Counted from the first letter of the stretch, positions 19,163-29,756 are shown. The stretch: DNA of 64,000 bases from an archaeon (GCA_018670085.1 JABHRS010000007.1:272-64271); one strand, 5' to 3'. The notes: generated by a model from the letters alone, not told the origin. Made by a program: numbers and translations.

Positions 19163-19295
19163 CTCGTTAATCCACCAATAAAAATTCTTTTTTATGTTTA
19201 TATATAATTATTGTTTTTTAGAAGGTAAAATATACAAATATCAAATAATAGATAAACAAGGTAATGGACAAATTAATTAAAAATAAAAAATTTGA

Positions 19296-20576
19296 TTAAT
19301 CAACATAATCAATACCAAGTTCTTTTCCCATTCCCTCACGGCGCCTGGAAAAATAACTACTTTCAGGACCAAATATTTGAGATGAGTGAACTCCTGTTAT
19401 GATTACCATTGTTCTAATTGTGTTTTCTAAATCTGGATAAATTTGAGCTCCCCAGATAATCTTTGCTTTATCATGAAGTTTATCGGAAACAGTTTCTACA
19501 ATTTTGCGACTATCTTCAAGAGTTAAAGTTTCACCACCAGAGATATTTACTAAAGCTCCAGTTGCATTCCCAATATCAACATCAATTAAAGGATTTTCAA
19601 GTGCTTTATCTACTGATTCAATTGCTCTGTTTTCAGTATCACTTTCTCCAACACCAATTAAAGCAACTCCACCTTCACCCATGATTGTTTTAATGTCAGC
19701 AAAATCTAAGTTTACAAGTCCAGTTTTGGTAACTAATTCTGCAATACCCTTTACTGAGTTAGTTAAAATCTCATCTGAAACTTTAAAAGCTGTATGGAGT
19801 GGTAAATTAGGGGCTAAATCCAATAATTTTTCGTTTGGAATTACAATTAAAGTATTAACAGCTTGTTCTAATTTTTCTAAACCAACAACTGCGTTTTCAA
19901 ATCGGTGATTTCCTTCCATCTGAAAAGGCATTGTTACAATTGCAACTGTTAAGATACCCATTTTTTTTGCAAGATTAGCTACAAATGGAGCTGAGCCTGT
20001 CCCTGTTCCACCACCAAGACCACATGTGATAAAAACAATATCTGAGTTTAGAAGAAATTTTTTGATGTCGTGCTCGTTTTCACGAGCTGATTCTTCACCA
20101 ATTTTTGGATTTGATCCAGCACCTAAACCTTTAGTTAGTTCTTTACCAATTAGAAGTTTCTTTTCAGCATTACAATACAAAAGATCTTGAGCGTCAGTAT
20201 TAATTGCGATGGTTTGAACTCCTGCGATTCCAACTTCGTTGATTCTAGTTACAGTGTTATTCCCACCACCACCACAACCAATTACTTTAATTCTTGTCTT
20301 ATTCAAAGCAATCATTTCTTCTAACTCTTGATCAATATTAGAATTTGCTTCTTTGTGAGAAATTTCTTTCAGCGTAAACTCTTTACTGGTTCCTTGAAGA
20401 GTGGAAACTTCATCTGATTGCGATGAGTATGTGCTTTGCGGTTGAATTTGAGCAGCTTTATCTGAATTTTGTTTGGAATGTTGTGACTGCTGTTGCTGAT
20501 TGTTCTGTTGATTTTGTGGTGATTGATTCTGATTATTTTGTCCTGAATTAATGTATGTATCCATAGTGTTCACCAT
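19296..20576 (-). CDS. ftsZ: Cell division protein FtsZ with Q/N-rich N-terminal extension
   Basis: GCGGGGNN, GLGGGTGTG, NLDFAD. Confidence 0.97.
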   Translation of the reverse strand: MVNTMDTYINSGQNNQNQSPQNQQNNQQQQSQHSKQNSDKAAQIQPQSTYSSQSDEVSTLQGTSKEFTLKEISHKEANSNIDQELEEMIALNKTRIKVIGCGGGGNNTVTRINEVGIAGVQTIAINTDAQDLLYCNAEKKLLIGKELTKGLGAGSNPKIGEESARENEHDIKKFLLNSDIVFITCGLGGGTGTGSAPFVANLAKKMGILTVAIVTMPFQMEGNHRFENAVVGLEKLEQAVNTLIVIPNEKLLDLAPNLPLHTAFKVSDEILTNSVKGIAELVTKTGLVNLDFADIKTIMGEGGVALIGVGESDTENRAIESVDKALENPLIDVDIGNATGALVNISGGETLTLEDSRKIVETVSDKLHDKAKIIWGAQIYPDLENTIRTMVIITGVHSSQIFGPESSYFSRRREGMGKELGIDYVD

Positions 20577-20730
20577 AATATAATAAATTGAAGAAAAAAG
20601 AGACCCTCAAAACCACTTCTTTCCTCTTTGGATTTAGGCATCTTTTGCGTATTTAAAGTTTATTGTACTGTAGGCACTTAAGAAATCACTTAAGAAATTC
20701 TAATCTATTTGCAAGAAGGATTGTATTCAT

Positions 20731-21462
20731 CTAATGATGACAATTTGGTCCATGAGTATGTTCGCCCTTTAAAGTAGTTGGATTTTCTTTTGATAAATCA
20801 ACTAATTTTTTAGTGAACTCCACTTTTTCAATGTCACTTAGAACTTTTTGAAACTTTTCAGTCATAGCTTCACGAAAAGAATCAGGTAAATCAAAAGGAA
20901 GACAAAGTACTAATGTTTTATCTTTTACAGAAATATCTAAATGTTCTGGTTTAATTGGCATAATATGGCTGATATAAGCTTTAGCTTGTTCAGTTGTATC
21001 TGTAATTTTTTTAAGAACCTCAACATCATAGACTAATTCTTTTCCAGATAATGGATGATTAAAATTAACCATCACTCTGCCACCACTAATTCTTTGAACA
21101 ACTCCAATTTGTCCGTCGAAATCAACTTGTAAACCTTTGAAAGGCTTTACTTTATGTTCATCAAAAGTAGTCATTGGGACTAATTGAACTTTTTTAACAT
21201 CACGTTTTCCAAAACCTAACTCTGCTGGAATGTTTAGAGTAAATTTTTGTCCTAACTCTTTGCCATTTAAAGATTGATCAATACCTTCTAGAATTTGGTG
21301 TTCTCCAACACAAATTTTTACTGGATCATATTTTTGTTTTGCTGAAAAGATTTTTTTCTCTTTTGCAATAGCTTCAACATTAGTATCAAAAGTTACACCA
21401 TCATTGGTTGAACCAGTGTAAATCACTTCTATAAAATCTCCAGTATTAATTGTGTTTGACAT
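20731..21462 (-). CDS. FKBP-type peptidyl-prolyl isomerase (long archaeal SlyD-like)
   Basis: TFDTN, GFGKRD, VNFNHPLSGKEL; His/Cys tail HTHGPNCHH. Confidence 0.9.
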   Translation of the reverse strand: MSNTINTGDFIEVIYTGSTNDGVTFDTNVEAIAKEKKIFSAKQKYDPVKICVGEHQILEGIDQSLNGKELGQKFTLNIPAELGFGKRDVKKVQLVPMTTFDEHKVKPFKGLQVDFDGQIGVVQRISGGRVMVNFNHPLSGKELVYDVEVLKKITDTTEQAKAYISHIMPIKPEHLDISVKDKTLVLCLPFDLPDSFREAMTEKFQKVLSDIEKVEFTKKLVDLSKENPTTLKGEHTHGPNCHH

Positions 21463-21524
21463 TTGTAATAAGATATTTGTGATGAATAGTTTATAAGTTT
21501 TACTGATCTATTAGTGGGTATTAA

Positions 21525-22100
21525 TTATCCATTGTTGGCATTTAGAAATTCTAACACTTTATCTGTTGCTTGATCTGCTGTAATATTCTCAGTATCAAGA
21601 ACGAAGTTGTAGTGAGATAGGTTAGTATCATCAACGCCATAATATTTAACGTATCTTTTTGTGTCTTGGGCTGTTCTAATTTTGATATGAGCTGCTAGCT
21701 CCTCAACAGAGTTGTACTGATTTTCATTTCTGGATTCTTTGGCTACTTGATTTTTTGTTTCTTCAAAGATTCTTTTGGCTGCAATCATCGGATCAACTGT
21801 GATGTATAATTTAACTGAATTTGGTAAAAAATGAAATTGGATTCGACCTTCAACAACAACTGTCTGCCCTTGTTTTTCAAGATCTAGTGCATGTTTTGCT
21901 GCTGCTTTATCAACATCAACATCGGTTTCAGGATGAGTTTTGGCATATTCATTTAACTCCTCAATTGTCATCCCTTTTTCTCTTGCAAGCTCCCGACGAA
22001 TTCCACCAACATAAATTCTTTTTGCGTTTAATATTTTGATAAGATTTCTTGCAATGGTTGATTTTCCAGACCCTGCAGTTCCAGCTATTGTGATAATCAT
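21525..22100 (-). CDS. cmk: Cytidylate kinase (archaeal type)
   Basis: GTAGSGKST, RELAREKGM, VVEGR, RYVKYYGVD. Confidence 0.88.
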   Translation of the reverse strand: MIITIAGTAGSGKSTIARNLIKILNAKRIYVGGIRRELAREKGMTIEELNEYAKTHPETDVDVDKAAAKHALDLEKQGQTVVVEGRIQFHFLPNSVKLYITVDPMIAAKRIFEETKNQVAKESRNENQYNSVEELAAHIKIRTAQDTKRYVKYYGVDDTNLSHYNFVLDTENITADQATDKVLEFLNANNG

Positions 22101-22200
22101 ATTTAGTAAGTAGAATATAATGATTATAAATATTTGTATTAAAAATTTGTGTTTAAGATACTAAAGAAATAAATACTACTAACATGGCTTTACCTATATT

Positions 22201-22926
22201 ATGATGAATCGAAAATATAACAGTGTTGAGATTTCAGTGATAATTCCAGCTTTAAATGAGGAAAATTACATTTTGAAGACTCTGCAAAGTTTGGCTCATC
22301 AAAGTTTTAAAAAATTTGAAATTATTGTTGTTTTATCCGCTTGCACTGATCGAACTGAGCAAGTTGTGCAAAGGTTCATTAAATTGCGACCGGAGCTGCA
22401 AATTTCTTTAATCACAGAACATGATATTGGAGTTTCTCGTGCTCGGAATAGGGGAGCAAAATTTGCTAAAGGAAATTTACTATTCTTCTTAGATGCCGAT
22501 ACTACTCTTGACCATAATTGTTTGTTTAAAGCTAGTCGATACATGACAGAAAAAAACTCTGTAGGAACTTGTCATAGTAAACCAGAACCTTGGAGCCTAA
22601 TGTTTTCAATGTTAATTGGATTTAAGAATATGTTTCATCGGACTGGTTTAGTTAAAGGAGTACATGGAACTTTGCTTTGCTGGCGAGGTCATTTTGAAAC
22701 TGTGCAGGGTTTTAATGAATCTCTAATCGTAATGGAACATTATGATTTAATCAAGCGATTGCTTGAGCATGGAGCTTATATCTGGATTCCAACTGCGTTT
22801 GCGAAAACTTCTATGCGAAGATGGCAGCATAAAGGAATATTTGCCTTGTTTTATTTTTGGTTAGTTCAAGGATTAAAGAAATTTATGGGTAAAGATACTT
22901 TGAAGTATTATGAAGCTGTTCGTTAG
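22201..22926 (+). CDS. Glycosyltransferase family 2
   Basis: SVIIPALNEE, ARNRGA, FLDAD, TSMRR. Confidence 0.9.
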   Translation: MMNRKYNSVEISVIIPALNEENYILKTLQSLAHQSFKKFEIIVVLSACTDRTEQVVQRFIKLRPELQISLITEHDIGVSRARNRGAKFAKGNLLFFLDADTTLDHNCLFKASRYMTEKNSVGTCHSKPEPWSLMFSMLIGFKNMFHRTGLVKGVHGTLLCWRGHFETVQGFNESLIVMEHYDLIKRLLEHGAYIWIPTAFAKTSMRRWQHKGIFALFYFWLVQGLKKFMGKDTLKYYEAVR

Positions 22927-23249
22927 TATGGTATCACACTAGAATCAAATTCGCGCCAAGCTAAAATCCCAGCAATAAGATTCTTGACATTTTTGAAACC
23001 TTGTTCGGTTAGAAAATCTGTAGCAATTTTACTTCTGCCACCAGTTCTGCAATAAACCACAATTTCTAGGTCTTTAAATTTTTCAATTTCTTTGAATCTT
23101 TTTTTTATCTCAGGGAGTGGGATGAGAATTGACTTTTTTGTGATTCTACCATATTGTAATTCGTTTTCATTTCTAACATCAATTAGAATAGGAGCGTTAC
23201 CTGAATCGATGAGTTGCTTTAGTTCGTTGCTTGTGATTGTGGCTGTCAT
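22923..23249 (-). CDS. Rhodanese-like protein
   Basis: LIDVR, YCRTGGRS, NLIAGILAW. Confidence 0.9.
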   Translation of the reverse strand: MTATITSNELKQLIDSGNAPILIDVRNENELQYGRITKKSILIPLPEIKKRFKEIEKFKDLEIVVYCRTGGRSKIATDFLTEQGFKNVKNLIAGILAWREFDSSVIPY

Positions 23250-23287
23250 GTTGTTTATTTTTTTAAGATTTTAATTAACAAAAAAAG

Positions 23288-23512
23288 CGGGCCTGGGGAG
23301 ACTTTCAGGATTCAAGATTTAATCTATATCTTGGATCTTTTGAACTCCCGGTCTACAGCTCTCTCGCAGTATCTCCGATAACTCTCTTAATGCCATAGTG
23401 GCAATATTTCAAGACTCGTCACTGATACTATAGGAGGCTGTCGCCCTATATACCTTACAGCAAATTCGTTAAATTTTGTGAATTTGAAGTATCCAGGCTA
23501 GGCTACAGGCCC
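23288..23512 (-). tRNA. tRNA-Arg(CCT) with three introns (D-loop about 23447-23489, 37/38 at 23361-23430, 59/60 at 23302-23338)
   Basis: Splices to a 75-nt cloverleaf GGGCCTG TA GCCT AGCCTGGATA GGGC G ACAGC CTCCTAA GCTGT AGACC GGGAG TTCAAAT CTCCC CAGGCCC G. Confidence 0.88.
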
Positions 23513-23800
23513 GCAAGGTTAGAAATGTGGGTTTCTTTTTTAGTGTTTTGTGTATTTTAAATTTAATCTAATTAAAAAGACATATAAAAAGTGAATAATT
23601 ACAATGATATTTAGAAAAAAGTTAAAACGATTGTACTTGATTGAACTGATTTGACCAGGCTGAAGGAATTGATTGATAGACTTATGGTTATTGATTCAAG
23701 TGAAGCTTTGGCAGCTGGATTAGTCAAGAAGTATTTGGAATAAGAAATAATCAAAATTGATAAGATAAGTTTTTATATTAAATAATATGAGGAAATAACA

Positions 23801-25108
23801 ATGGTAAAGACAGAATATATCACAGTACAAGACGCAATTACTAAGGGCAGTGGAGAAGTATCACTACATGGATGGGTTCACAGAGAACGTGGTTCAAAAA
23901 AACTTAAATTCATAGTTTTAAGAGATTCAAGTGAAATTATTCAATGTATCTTAAAGCGAGATGATTTTGATGAAAAAACTTGGGATAGTATTGATAAAAT
24001 TCAAGTTGAAGCATCAGTTGAATTAACTGGAACAATTGCAAAAGATGAAAGAGCACCAACTGGCTATGAATTAAAGGTTAGCAAGTTCACATTAGTTGGA
24101 GAGAGTCATGAATTTCCAATTCAAAAAGATGCAAGCAAAGAGCATTTAGCGGATCACCGTCACCTTCACTTAAGGTCACGTAAAATGACTGCAATTCTAA
24201 AAATCCGAAGTACTATCTTCGGTGCAATTGACCAATATTTTAGGGGAGTTGGATTTTATGAGTATCATTCACCAACTTTGCAAGCAGTTCAGTGTGAAGG
24301 AGGATCAGATTTATTTGATGTAGATTATTTTGGAAAAAAAGGAGTGTTCTTAGCACAAACTTGGCAATTGTACGCAGAACCTGCAGTATTTGCACTTGAA
24401 AAAATATATACTATTGCTCCAAGCTTTCGAGCAGAAAAATCAAAAACTTCAAGGCACTTAACAGAATATTGGCATGCTGAAATGGAAATGGCATGGTCAA
24501 ATTTTGATGATATTATTGGGCATGGTGAGGCGCTTTTGAAACATGTGGTTGCAGCAGTATTAGCAAAACACAATAAGGAATTGGAAATTTTAGGTCGAGA
24601 TCCTGCAAAACTCCAACCAACTGTAGATAAACCATTTGTTAGAATGACCTACACTGAAGCACTTAAAATCTTGAAGGAAAAATGTGATATGGAAATTGAA
24701 TGGGGTAAAGATCTTAGAACAATTGAAGAAGATAAACTCTCTAAATTGTATGATGTACCAATAATTTGTACACATTACCCTAAGAAAGTAAAAGCATTTT
24801 ACATGATGGAAGATCCTGATGATCCAAGAACTGTACAAGGTGTTGATTTTATTGGAACCGAAGGATATGGAGAACTCATTGGTGGAAGTCACCGAGAACA
24901 TGACATTGAAAAAGTAAAAGCAGCTTTGATCGAAGACGGAGAAGATCCAAGTGAGTATGAATTTTATTTAGATACTCGTCGCTATGGGACTGTTCCACAT
25001 GGTGGGTTTGGAATGGGTGTTGAGAGAATCATCTCATGGATTTGTGGTTTAGAAACTATCAAAGATGCAATTCCATTTCCAAGAACAATGGAACGATATA
25101 AACCATAG
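23801..25108 (+). CDS. asnS: Asparaginyl-tRNA synthetase
   Basis: OB fold GWVHRER, RHLHLRS, FRAEKSKTSRHLTEYW, YGTVPHGGFGMGVER. Confidence 0.88.
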   Translation: MVKTEYITVQDAITKGSGEVSLHGWVHRERGSKKLKFIVLRDSSEIIQCILKRDDFDEKTWDSIDKIQVEASVELTGTIAKDERAPTGYELKVSKFTLVGESHEFPIQKDASKEHLADHRHLHLRSRKMTAILKIRSTIFGAIDQYFRGVGFYEYHSPTLQAVQCEGGSDLFDVDYFGKKGVFLAQTWQLYAEPAVFALEKIYTIAPSFRAEKSKTSRHLTEYWHAEMEMAWSNFDDIIGHGEALLKHVVAAVLAKHNKELEILGRDPAKLQPTVDKPFVRMTYTEALKILKEKCDMEIEWGKDLRTIEEDKLSKLYDVPIICTHYPKKVKAFYMMEDPDDPRTVQGVDFIGTEGYGELIGGSHREHDIEKVKAALIEDGEDPSEYEFYLDTRRYGTVPHGGFGMGVERIISWICGLETIKDAIPFPRTMERYKP

Positions 25109-25152
25109 AAGCAAAATTCTTTTAAATTCTTTTTTCTTATTTTTTAATTATA

Positions 25153-25662
25153 ATGGTACTTGATTTTACACGAATTCTCAATGATTCGTTGTTGACTATT
25201 GGTTCAACTAAAGAAACTGCGGAGTTTGTAATATTTGACATGGATCAACCATGTTCGCCAGAAGAGATTCAAATTCGATATAGTAAAGCTCTTTGGACAG
25301 TAGTAGAAGTGATTAATGGTCGTTATGCTTCTAAATTACCATTTGAATTCAATTTGTACAACTGGATAGAACATAATCATAAAGATGAACTGGCATATTT
25401 CTTAAATGAGGCAAGTAGTAATTGTATGAACTATTCTGATTATAAATCATCATATAAATTTGTAATACATTTTGGAGAGAAAGGATTCATTGTTGGAGTT
25501 TTACAGCAAGGGAAGGGATTTAATGCAGAATTGATTTTTGTGAATAAAGTAAAGAGTAATGAAGGCGCAGGTTTTAGGTTTTATTCTGATTGTCCATCTA
25601 CTGTGTTTTTTGATGATGCCAAAAATGCTACTGGATTGTATTTTGAATATTTGTTTAGGTAA
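25153..25662 (+). CDS. Hypothetical protein, possible GHKL/HATPase-like fold
   Basis: NEASSN (N-box-like), QGKGF and EGAGF (G-box-like). Confidence 0.55.
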   Translation: MVLDFTRILNDSLLTIGSTKETAEFVIFDMDQPCSPEEIQIRYSKALWTVVEVINGRYASKLPFEFNLYNWIEHNHKDELAYFLNEASSNCMNYSDYKSSYKFVIHFGEKGFIVGVLQQGKGFNAELIFVNKVKSNEGAGFRFYSDCPSTVFFDDAKNATGLYFEYLFR

Positions 25663-25693
25663 TTTTAATAATGGGCTGTCAATTGAATTATTT

Positions 25694-26758
25694 ATGTATA
25701 AATTAAAGCAAATTCCTTCGGATTTCATAGTAGATGAGATTGCTGATTTTGAAGTGGAATCACTAAATCAAAAATCTGGAAAATATATCTATCTCAAATT
25801 GAACAAAGAAAACTGGAATACAATCTCTGTTGTTCGTGAGATGGCAAAGCTGCTAGGTATTGATGCAAAAGACATTAATTTTGCTGGGACTAAAGATAAA
25901 AATGCAATTACTTCTCAATTTGTATCGATTAAGACAAGTGGTAGAAATTTACTTGATAAATTACCTTTAAATTTGCCCAAGGGAATTTCTTTGCGATTTG
26001 TTGGATTTGCAGACTCGCCGCTTTCTCTTGGAAAATTGCTTGGAAATAAATTTGGAATTACAGTTCGTGGATTGGATGCAAATGAATCATTTATTGATCG
26101 AAAATTTTTTGTAAATTATTTTGATGAACAACGATTTTCAACTAGTAATGTAGCAATTGGTAGGGCGATTATTAAGAAAGATTTCAAAAAAGCAGCAGAA
26201 TTAATTAATGATTTTAAAGTACAAGGACAATTGAAGGATAGTCCAAATCAACCACTAAAGGCATTGTTAAAATTGCCTCGTAAATTGTTGATGTTGTACA
26301 TTCATGCTTATCAAAGTTATTTATGGAATGAAACTGTTAGTGAATATTTGTCTATTAAGTATGGCGAAAATTTACCTATTATCAATTATAGTCAAGGAAA
26401 ATTAATAATTTGTTCTGATTCACAATTAACAGATTTGGTTGATTTCCAAATACCTTTAGTTGGTGCATTGCCATTATCAAATACTTTAAATTCTGAAATT
26501 AAAAAAATTGTAGAGACTTTAATGTATAAAGAAAATATTGATAGGTATGATTTTGTGATCAGACAATTGCCAAACATGACTCCAGAAGGAGGAATGCGAG
26601 ATGTGGTTGCTAAGATTCAGAACTTGAGTGTTGGTGAGAAAGAAGTAGATGAGCTGAACAAAGAACTGATGAAAATGACAGTGTCATTTGAACTTGGAAG
26701 GGGATCTTATGCAACTATGTTAGTAAAATTTCTATTGGATAACAAGAATGTTGACTAA
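25694..26758 (+). CDS. truD: tRNA pseudouridine(13) synthase TruD
   Basis: KQIPSDFIVDE, FAGTKDKNAITSQ, NYFDEQRF, HAYQSYLWN, GSYAT; start reassigned to ATG 25694. Confidence 0.92.
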   Translation: MYKLKQIPSDFIVDEIADFEVESLNQKSGKYIYLKLNKENWNTISVVREMAKLLGIDAKDINFAGTKDKNAITSQFVSIKTSGRNLLDKLPLNLPKGISLRFVGFADSPLSLGKLLGNKFGITVRGLDANESFIDRKFFVNYFDEQRFSTSNVAIGRAIIKKDFKKAAELINDFKVQGQLKDSPNQPLKALLKLPRKLLMLYIHAYQSYLWNETVSEYLSIKYGENLPIINYSQGKLIICSDSQLTDLVDFQIPLVGALPLSNTLNSEIKKIVETLMYKENIDRYDFVIRQLPNMTPEGGMRDVVAKIQNLSVGEKEVDELNKELMKMTVSFELGRGSYATMLVKFLLDNKNVD

Positions 26759-26828
26759 TTAAAAAATAATTAAAACAAAAAGAATTAATTAAAATAAATT
26801 AAAATTAATAAAAAAAAACCAGAAAAAA

Positions 26829-27323
26829 TTAAAAATCTGGAGAGATAATTAGACTATTTATTGGGTATCTGACTCCTTGATATCCAACAGTAACCACTCC
26901 ATCTTCTTTGAAATTTCCACTTGCAGTTCCAGTCACTTCGTTTCCTTTTATATCATAAAAAATTAGTGCCCAGGTGCTAGTTGAAAGACTATTAATTTTA
27001 ACATTTTTAATTTTTAAATCTTCTACTACACTGTTAACATATGCACATCCGCCTGGTGATTGACAGGATGTGAGTGATAACCTACTGATGTCTTTTTGAT
27101 CTTGTAGCTCTAAATTAATCTGATATGCTTGACCTTGTGCTGGAAAATCTTGACTGGTCCAAACAACAAACCCAATTATAATAATTGAGATTATTGCAGT
27201 AATAATCATCTTTTCGTTATATTTATGAGCAGAAGTTTTTCTGGGACTAATCATTGATGCTTTTGATCTGGATGATTTTTTAGATCTACTTGTTTTTTTG
27301 TTTGTTGTTTTGCGTTTTGCCAT
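26829..27323 (-). CDS. Hypothetical single-TM protein with basic N-tail
   Basis: K/R/S-rich N-terminus followed by one TM helix. Confidence 0.65.
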   Translation of the reverse strand: MAKRKTTNKKTSRSKKSSRSKASMISPRKTSAHKYNEKMIITAIISIIIIGFVVWTSQDFPAQGQAYQINLELQDQKDISRLSLTSCQSPGGCAYVNSVVEDLKIKNVKINSLSTSTWALIFYDIKGNEVTGTASGNFKEDGVVTVGYQGVRYPINSLIISPDF

Positions 27324-27424
27324 TGATACACCTCTTTGATCAATTCAAAAATTTGAACTGAGTAATAGCCTCTTTATGTTATTGATAATTATGAAGTATT
27401 GAGAGTATTTTAATGTTACTAAAA

Positions 27425-28099
27425 TTATCTCTTGCTTTTACTTTGATTTTTGCCTTTGCTAATCTTGTTTAATTTTTTGATAACTTCTTTAATCACTTCT
27501 TTTGGATTTTTACTAGCATCAACTGTGTATAAAATATTCTGATCTGAATAATGTTTGATCAATGGTGCAGTTTTTTGATGATATACTCTAAACCTCTCTT
27601 TAATTATTTTTGGATTGTCATCATTTCGTCTGATGATTTTAGTTTTACATTTGTCACAAATATTTTTATTTTTTGGTGCAAAGAATTTAAGGTGATACTG
27701 AGTTCTACAATTTGGACAAACTCTTCTTAAACTTAAACGTTTGATAACTTCAGACTCTGGAACTTCAAGCATTAATACACAGTTGATATTTATTTTCATA
27801 TCTTGAATGTACTCTGCTTGTTGTACTGTTCTTGGAAATCCATCTAACATAAACTTGGTTTTTTTGTGTACAATTAAATATATCAAATCTGAAACAAAAT
27901 TTCCTGGGACTAATTCTCCTTTGTTTAGGTATTTGGCAATTTCTTTTCCTACAATGGTATCTTTTTTAATCTCATCTCGTAGTATTTGACCCATATAAAC
28001 ATCTTGCAGGGAATATTTTTTTGAGATCTGTTCAGCAACTGTGCTCTTGCCAGAACCAGGTGGACCCAATAAAACTAATTTTAGTGATTTTGCCATCAA
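27425..28099 (-). CDS. adk: Adenylate kinase (bacterial type, Zn lid)
   Basis: GPPGSGKST, LDGFPRT, CPNC...CDKC, RNDD. Confidence 0.92.
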   Translation of the reverse strand: MMAKSLKLVLLGPPGSGKSTVAEQISKKYSLQDVYMGQILRDEIKKDTIVGKEIAKYLNKGELVPGNFVSDLIYLIVHKKTKFMLDGFPRTVQQAEYIQDMKININCVLMLEVPESEVIKRLSLRRVCPNCRTQYHLKFFAPKNKNICDKCKTKIIRRNDDNPKIIKERFRVYHQKTAPLIKHYSDQNILYTVDASKNPKEVIKEVIKKLNKISKGKNQSKSKR

Positions 28100-28201
28100 T
28101 TACAATGTAGTGTTTAAGATTTAAATAATTGTTGATTTTTGTTGATATTTTTAGATTTATATTCAGAAAGGTTTATAATAGACTAATTTTCCCATAATAA
28201 T

Positions 28202-28777
28202 ATGGGATTCTACGGTGGAAGACATGATAAACGAAATGCTCGTCCAAAAACTGCGAAAGAATTGCAAAAAGATATAGATGCTCTTGATTTTCGATTGGAA
28301 ACTGAGGCACTTAAATTCTCTGAAGAAAAAAAACTTCGTGGAACAATTCGTGATTTAAAGAAACAAAAAGTATTAACTTTAAAGAAAGTTAAACTGGCAG
28401 TTGAATCAAGAAACGCTAGTAGACCAAATTCTTTGGTAGGCGGAAGGGTTTCAAGACAGGCTCCAGAACAAGTATTGTCAAAAGATTTTTCTAATAAGTT
28501 GAAATCTGCAAGGATTGCAAAAGGTCAAACTCAAGAGGAGTTTTCTGCATTTTTGAATGAGCGTGAGAGTGTAGTCTCTAAATGGGAAAACGGGAGTTTG
28601 AAACCATCAATTGTAACTGCTAAAAAATTAGAAAAAATTCTGAAAATCACTATCGTTGTTGAAGCTGGAGTTGAGGCTGCTGATGCAAATGATATTTTGA
28701 AAAGTTTGAACCCAGCTAAAGGAAATAAGACTGCAACTCTTGGTGATTTAGTGAAAGTAAAAGTTAGAAATCGCTAA
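28202..28777 (+). CDS. MBF1-like XRE-HTH protein lacking the N-terminal Zn ribbon
   Basis: ARIAKGQTQEE..LNERESVVSKWENG.LKP..AKKLEKIL and TLGD tail. Confidence 0.8.
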   Translation: MGFYGGRHDKRNARPKTAKELQKDIDALDFRLETEALKFSEEKKLRGTIRDLKKQKVLTLKKVKLAVESRNASRPNSLVGGRVSRQAPEQVLSKDFSNKLKSARIAKGQTQEEFSAFLNERESVVSKWENGSLKPSIVTAKKLEKILKITIVVEAGVEAADANDILKSLNPAKGNKTATLGDLVKVKVRNR

Positions 28778-28832
28778 TTTTTTTTTTTAATAGTAATTAC
28801 ACTTCAGATTATAATTCAGATTATAACATCAT

Positions 28833-29294
28833 TCAAATAATTCTGTTAATAATTAAGAAAGTAATAGTGCCAAGTGTGATCCCTGCTAAGATGTCAGGAA
28901 TGTCATGACGTCTTAAATAAATTCTAGAATAACAAACTGCTAAAGCTGAAACTGTTAGAAGAATTGAAACCCCTATTATTTGATAATATGTTCCAAAAAT
29001 TAATGCCAAAAAAATAGCTCTGGCAGCGTGAATACTTGGAAAACTACTAGCTTCAATCCTTTCGATCCATGTTTTGTGAGGTAATTCTTTTGGTCTTGCT
29101 TTGTAATAAAATGTTCTGATTAAGACAGCTATAAAAACAATGATAATCAGACCAAGTATTAACTCTATCACTAAACTGATTTGCTGAATTAATAATAAAA
29201 AAATGACCAGTGCAGCATAAAATGGGGAACCACCAAAGGTTGTAATATCACGGACCACACTTCCATAAAATGATTTGAATAATTGTTTGCTCAT
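28833..29294 (-). CDS. PAP2-family phosphatase
   Basis: KARP, SFPSIH, SRIYLRRH...D. Confidence 0.88.
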   Translation of the reverse strand: MSKQLFKSFYGSVVRDITTFGGSPFYAALVIFLLLIQQISLVIELILGLIIIVFIAVLIRTFYYKARPKELPHKTWIERIEASSFPSIHAARAIFLALIFGTYYQIIGVSILLTVSALAVCYSRIYLRRHDIPDILAGITLGTITFLIINRII

Positions 29295-29453
29295 AAGCTT
29301 AGAAAAGTTTAATCAACTAAAAAGCTTTTGCATATCTATTGGAATTCTTAATGAGTACCTTACTTCATTTGACACATTTAAGGTGATTCTGAAATATTTG
29401 TCCTATTTTTGTCACATAGTTTATATACCATTTTAGTCTTTGTTATTATTGAA

Positions 29454-29744
29454 ATGTCTATAGAATATATACTGGGAAATACAGATGGTTGTGTAGAGGT
29501 ACCTGTACCTTGGGGAAGAATAGGAATTGAATGGAAACCTAATTACCATGTACCGTCGCCTCCTGAAATTGGACAGTCTACTCCTGTAGATAAAAGTGAA
29601 GGTGAGTATGCTCCTTTAGGAATTGGTCAAAATGATCCAAGAAAGGAAGCATGGGACAAGTATCAATGGGAAGAAGCCCAAAGGAATAGGGATGAAGCAA
29701 ATATTGATGGTTATGTAAATAATCAAATTAATTTTGAGATTTAA
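29454..29744 (+). CDS. Hypothetical protein
   Basis: ORF with TTTATATA about 25 nt upstream of ATG 29454. Confidence 0.5.
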   Translation: MSIEYILGNTDGCVEVPVPWGRIGIEWKPNYHVPSPPEIGQSTPVDKSEGEYAPLGIGQNDPRKEAWDKYQWEEAQRNRDEANIDGYVNNQINFEI

Positions 29745-29756
29745 TTTTTTTTGTGA

